NCBI GenBank assembly: GCA_965223995.1
Contig: CBDCXY010000017.1
Location: 520,519 to 584,518 of the forward strand
Source: Pontixanthobacter sp.
Lineage (GTDB): Bacteria > Pseudomonadota > Alphaproteobacteria > Sphingomonadales > Sphingomonadaceae
Reading direction: 5' to 3'
Length of the DNA: 64,000 bases
Positions 60,838 to 64,000 of the stretch are shown here, piece by piece. The position numbers were made by a program, and so were the translations under genes. The stretch's first letter is position 1. Every line of letters starts with the position of its first letter. Below the pieces are notes generated by a model. The model was not told where the DNA came from and ran no database searches. It worked only from the letters and a program-made list of their open reading frames with translations.

Positions 60838-60880
60838 TTATCCACTCACGTCCACAGCTGAATCGGGCGAAAGTGGATAA
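60838..60880. repeat. perfect 9-bp inverted repeat resembling paired DnaA boxes
   Basis: TTATCCACT (60838-60846) and AGTGGATAA (60872-60880). Each is an 8/9 match to TTATCCACA. Confidence 0.5.
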
Positions 60881-61410
60881 GTCGCTCTTGCGACCCTTGC
60901 GCGACTCGCTTTCGAGGCGCAGCTTCATCAAATCGAAAGGGCGAGAAAGCCACTTTAGATTGAAGTCTAACGGCTTGAATATAAAGAGAGTTTCAAACCA
61001 TTTCGATACAGCGGTTACTGTCCGCGCGGTCCTTGAGGGACAAGAGCAGAAGGCTTCGGCTGGACGCAATTGCACCGTTTGAAAGCTCCGCGAAAGCATA
61101 CCGCTGTTGGCCGAGCAGTTCGGTCGAACATCGAAGAAGGTACCGGAGCTTCGGCAACAGTATGTTCGCTTGAGATGATCGACCATCATGGATTGATTGG
61201 CTGCGGAACCGGACGGAACAGCGAAAGGCTTTCGGGCCGGACGCGAACCGGAAGGAACCGGATGCCGGTGCGAGCGCCGGTGACAGAACCGCATCCAAAG
61301 ACCGACCGCAAGGCCGGAGGTAGGAAGCGGGAAAACATCGGAGGCCAAGTGCTTTCCATGAGGAGAAGTCGCAAGACGGATCATCGGGAAAGACCACGCC
61401 CGGTAAGAGT

Positions 61411-61444
61411 GGGGTCGGTAGCAATACCGGCCCCATTTGCTTTT
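61411..61444 (+). terminator. intrinsic terminator inside the argG-rlpA spacer
   Basis: Stem ggggtcgg / ccggcccc with loop tagcaata, followed by atttgctttt. It lies about 590 nt after the argG stop. Confidence 0.7.
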
Positions 61445-61635
61445 GGGGCGCTCTTTTCCGCGCTACCGTTCTCCCGCTCGCGAATCGCACGGCCAACCTG
61501 CTGAACGTCCGGCGCGCAGGACAGCGTCTTCACCGGGCATCTCCCTGCTTTGGGGGCGAACACACGACAAATCGGGGTAAGGATACGTCGACCCGCTGTG
61601 CGCGGCCCCCGCGCTTGGGCTATGATCGATCCGCA

Positions 61636-62166
61636 ATGGACGGTCTGGCCTCTCTCCTGATCCGCGCCGCGCTGGCTGCGATTGCAGTCGCGGTGCTGAC
61701 CCTGCCTTTCCTTGCCTCGGCGCAAGAGGGACGATCGGATTTCACCACCACCTTCGCGCCATATGAGGCGATTCCGGCCTTTCCCACGCCCGAGGATGAT
61801 GCGGTCGATATCACCACCATCACCCCGCCCATCGAACAGCCCCGCCCTACCCCGGCCGGCGGCGCTGTTGTCCGCTCGCTCGGCACGGGCGTTGCCTCCT
61901 ACTACGGGCGCCGCTTTCATGGCCGCCGCACGGCCAATGGCGAGCGGTTCAACATGAACGCGATGACGGCGGCGCACAAACGGCTGCCCTTTGGCACCCG
62001 GGTCCGCGTGACCAACCAGCGCAACGGCAAGTCGGTGGTGGTGCGGATCAACGACCGCGGCCCGTTCGTGCGGGGCCGGACCATAGACCTCAGCCGCGCC
62101 GCCGCCCGCAAGATCGGGATTATCCAGAGCGGGCATGGCCGGGTGAAGCTCGAAGTGGTCAAATAG
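61636..62166 (+). CDS. rlpA: RlpA-like (double-psi beta-barrel) septal lytic transglycosylase-like lipoprotein
   Basis: [18 protein letters not shown]......[29 protein letters not shown]...R.IDLS..AA. ATG taken at 61636. Confidence 0.85.
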   Translation: MDGLASLLIRAALAAIAVAVLTLPFLASAQEGRSDFTTTFAPYEAIPAFPTPEDDAVDITTITPPIEQPRPTPAGGAVVRSLGTGVASYYGRRFHGRRTANGERFNMNAMTAAHKRLPFGTRVRVTNQRNGKSVVVRINDRGPFVRGRTIDLSRAAARKIGIIQSGHGRVKLEVVK

Positions 62167-62229
62167 CGCCTCGCTGCGCCAAACAGCCCGCCCTTGGCAT
62201 CGCGCGCGCACCGGCCTAGCCTCCTGTCC

Positions 62230-62544
62230 ATGTTCGTGCCCATCCCTGCGCTCGTGGCGATTGCCGTGGTGATCGCTTTCCTGCTGTTCCTGCTGATGCG
62301 GAGGGGCAGCCGCGACATGCTCGACGAGCAGCGACGCGAGGCCGGTGTGTCCTCGCCCCGGCCCTCACTCACGCGCCAACCATCTACGAACCGGCTCACA
62401 AGGCACGACATCGACCATATCCTCGACGAACCCGATATCGCCGCCGCGCTGGCCGCCGGGCACAAGATCAAGGCGATCAAGCTCGTCCGCGAGCGCACCG
62501 GGCTGGGCCTCAAGGAGTCGAAGGACCTGGTCGAGAGCATCTGA
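62230..62544 (+). CDS. membrane-anchored protein with a ribosomal L7/L12 C-terminal-domain-like tail
   Basis: N-terminal transmembrane helix FVPIPALVAIAVVIAFLLFLL. The C-terminal KIKAIKLVRERTGLGLKESKDLVESI closely mimics the bL12 CTD segment K..VIK.VR..TGLGLKEAKDLVE. Confidence 0.6.
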   Translation: MFVPIPALVAIAVVIAFLLFLLMRRGSRDMLDEQRREAGVSSPRPSLTRQPSTNRLTRHDIDHILDEPDIAAALAAGHKIKAIKLVRERTGLGLKESKDLVESI

Positions 62545-62652
62545 GGTGCCCCTTGTTTTGCGCACGGCCTGAAGGTCAGACCCCTGGAGGATAGCCGAGG
62601 CTGCGGACGCAGCCGCTGGCGCTTGAAGCCCAACAAACGACGCCCCTCCTCC

Positions 62653-62907
62653 TCACTCCGCTTCTTCCATCTCCTCCTCTTCGCACCCGTAGGTGCATGA
62701 CCTCATCAGTTCCTCTTCATTCGTAACCAGCCACCATTCGTGGCCCTCGGCCTCGAAGGCTTCGAGCTGGAGCGCTTCGATCCGGCCGACCTCGTCCATG
62801 TCGTAATGCATATGCTCGGGCTTGATCGCATCCTCGGGCCGCGCGGCGCTCATGCGGCCCAAACGGTTGCCGAGCCATTGGCAGTCCTCCGGCCCGAGCA
62901 AGTCCAT
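62653..62907 (-). CDS. small acidic hypothetical protein (start uncertain)
   Basis: The ORF frame runs further upstream (through CPDCGG) but has no start codon there. The first ATG, at 62907, gives 84 aa ending EEEEMEEAE. Confidence 0.3.
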   Translation of the reverse strand: MDLLGPEDCQWLGNRLGRMSAARPEDAIKPEHMHYDMDEVGRIEALQLEAFEAEGHEWWLVTNEEELMRSCTYGCEEEEMEEAE

Positions 62908-63032
62908 CGCGACGTTGCGCGGATCGTCGCATCTGCCTCCGCAATCGGGGCAGACGGGCGCGTCCTTGTCGGGTGTTTCGGAGAGACATGGACCACCTGG
63001 ACCACTGTCCTGGGAGTAAAAACTACCCCGTT

Positions 63033-63140
63033 CGCCCTGAGCTTGTCGAAGGGCTGCTTTTTCTTTGATCCCAGCGCCAGAAGTGAAGTGCGACCGTTGA
63101 CCCTGCGGCCCAGCTTCGCTTCCGACCGGCTCAGGGTGAC
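63033..63140. repeat. repeat element copy A (cgccctgagcttgtcgaaggg family)
   Basis: Shares about 60 bp with copy B (cgccctgagcttgtcgaagggctgc...ccagaagtgaag). Its right end, ggctcagggtgac, overlaps the stop codon of ORF 63131-63949. Confidence 0.65.
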
Positions 63141-63949
63141 CGGGTTGTGATGGCAGTTCTATGGGCCTCCCCGCACCCAAACCGCTCCAGCATGCCGTCG
63201 AAATCCTCCGCCAGCGCAGCGGCGTCTTCGGTTTCGGCCAGCCTGTCGAGCCGCGCGAGATGGGCGAGCAGCAGCCGCGAATCGTATCGCCGCCGCCGCG
63301 CGATCTCCTCGCCGTGATAGAACACCGGCTCCTCCACCCCATTCATCGCCCGGTCGGCCAGCTCACACGCCGCCGCCTCGCGCGCCACCACCAAAGCCGC
63401 ATCCCACGCGCGCTTGAACGGCCGGGAAGCGCGCCGCATCCGGTAAACGCTCTGATGGGACGTGCGCGCCTTGCGCGACGCCGAGCGCACCGAGCCACTC
63501 GTAGCCAGCGCCTCGAGAAACACCGTCTGCGCCGCCAGATCGAACTGCGTCTGTGCAGGACGTGTATCGTCGGAGGGAATTTCGGCGATCAGCGCGGGGA
63601 GATTGGGAATGTCGGACGGCGAAGTCGAAGCGCCTAAAGCCCCCTCTTCTTCAGAGAAGGGGGTTGGGGGTGGTGCTGAACCCTGGACGTCACTCGACCC
63701 CGCATCAGATGCTTGCGCATCCGCCACCGCCCCACACCGCTCGCCCTGAGCTTGTCGAAGGGCTGCACTTTCTTGAGAGCTGGTTCCAGAAGTGAAGGAC
63801 AACCCTTCGACAAGCTCAGGGTATTCGGATTTTGGGGGCGCACCCTCCCCCACACGCTGAGCAGCGACCGCCTCAGCCTCCGCCGCCTGACGCGCCAGCT
63901 TGCGCTCCATTGCGGCACGAGCAGCGGGAGATTTGGGAATAAATGTCAT
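63131..63949 (-). CDS. hypothetical protein with a phage terminase small-subunit-like HTH region
   Basis: FLEALATSGSVRSASRKARTSHQSVYRMRRASRPFKRAWDAAL...E.ADRA..G resembles the HTH N-domain of alphaproteobacterial phage/GTA small terminases. The N-terminal third contains repeat copy B in frame. Confidence 0.45.
   Translation of the reverse strand: MTFIPKSPAARAAMERKLARQAAEAEAVAAQRVGEGAPPKSEYPELVEGLSFTSGTSSQESAALRQAQGERCGAVADAQASDAGSSDVQGSAPPPTPFSEEEGALGASTSPSDIPNLPALIAEIPSDDTRPAQTQFDLAAQTVFLEALATSGSVRSASRKARTSHQSVYRMRRASRPFKRAWDAALVVAREAAACELADRAMNGVEEPVFYHGEEIARRRRYDSRLLLAHLARLDRLAETEDAAALAEDFDGMLERFGCGEAHRTAITTRSP
63742..63822. repeat. repeat element copy B, inside an ORF
   Basis: Perfect 19-bp arms ccctgagcttgtcgaaggg / cccttcgacaagctcaggg separated by 41 bp. 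On the minus strand it translates as YPELVEGLSFTSGTSSQESAALRQAQGER. Confidence 0.7.
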
Positions 63950-64000
63950 CGGTTCACCTATGGACTTGTGAGCAAGGGAACCGACTCAGTTATACAGAAT

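Noticed and set aside
60838-60880. Replication origin, suggested by the DnaA-box-like pair
   Set aside because: There are only two boxes (plus one weak TCCACA core). There is no cluster of boxes, no AT-rich unwinding repeats, and no typical alphaproteobacterial origin neighbours such as hemE. A regulatory or titration site, or a plain hairpin, is more plausible.
60158-61384. 408-aa minus-strand ORF spanning the argG 3-prime half and the downstream spacer
   Set aside because: The first part is antisense to argG and the rest is low-complexity Ser/Arg/Pro-rich. It has no start context and no motifs.
61000-61444. RNase P RNA, SRP RNA or a cobalamin/TPP/glycine riboswitch in the argG-rlpA spacer
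   Set aside because: It lacks GAGGAAAGUCC and a properly placed ACAGAANCCGGCUUA (RNase P), GGAAGCAGCC (SRP), the B12 box, and CUGAGA (TPP). The superficial matches (acagaaccgc, ggtaagagtgg) are in the wrong order. The region is kept only as an unclassified ncRNA candidate.
62717-62989. 90-aa Arg-rich ORF on the minus strand
   Set aside because: It overlaps the more protein-like acidic ORF in another frame, and its extreme Arg/Gly/Ala composition is typical of an out-of-frame reading.

Overview
64-kb high-GC chromosomal segment that looks alphaproteobacterial. Gene content and synteny resemble Sphingomonadales/Erythrobacteraceae, but that taxonomic call is inference only. It carries about 60 protein genes, mostly core housekeeping: trpB-(insert)-trpA-accD-folC, ampG, rluB, rsmD, uvrD, rhlE, cpdR, tRNA-Val(GAC), icd, a CPA2 antiporter, alaS, recA, two DUF4139 paralogues, a CckA-like hybrid kinase, smpB, dapA, slt, rlmN, a cytochrome b/Mo-oxidoreductase pair, cfa, argG and rlpA. 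Five parts are accessory or atypical. (i) A low-GC two-gene insert lies between trpB and trpA, and its DUF559 nuclease gene is bracketed by perfect 36-bp inverted repeats. (ii) A membrane-inserted DUF2235 lipase-like gene follows directly after tRNA-Val. (iii) A roughly 2.7-kb islet (52.8-55.5 kb) holds a clearly low-GC divergent C5-methyltransferase/HNH-endonuclease pair, followed by a higBA module and a truncated second higA. (iv) An ORF-free, T-poor, terminator-capped region after argG is a candidate ncRNA locus. (v) Several families of hairpin-ended REP/MITE-like repeats occur, one copy sitting in frame inside an ORF. Alphaproteobacterial SOS boxes (GTTC-N7-GTTC) precede recA and uvrD. Frame breaks cluster in a few short stretches and affect trpA, accD, uvrD, a GlcD-like oxidase, a secreted-protein gene and the C5-MTase. 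From the sequence alone I cannot separate real pseudogenisation from local assembly indels. The accD case, an essential gene with an extra A in an A-run, argues for artefact. No rRNA, CRISPR array, transposase or integrase was seen.
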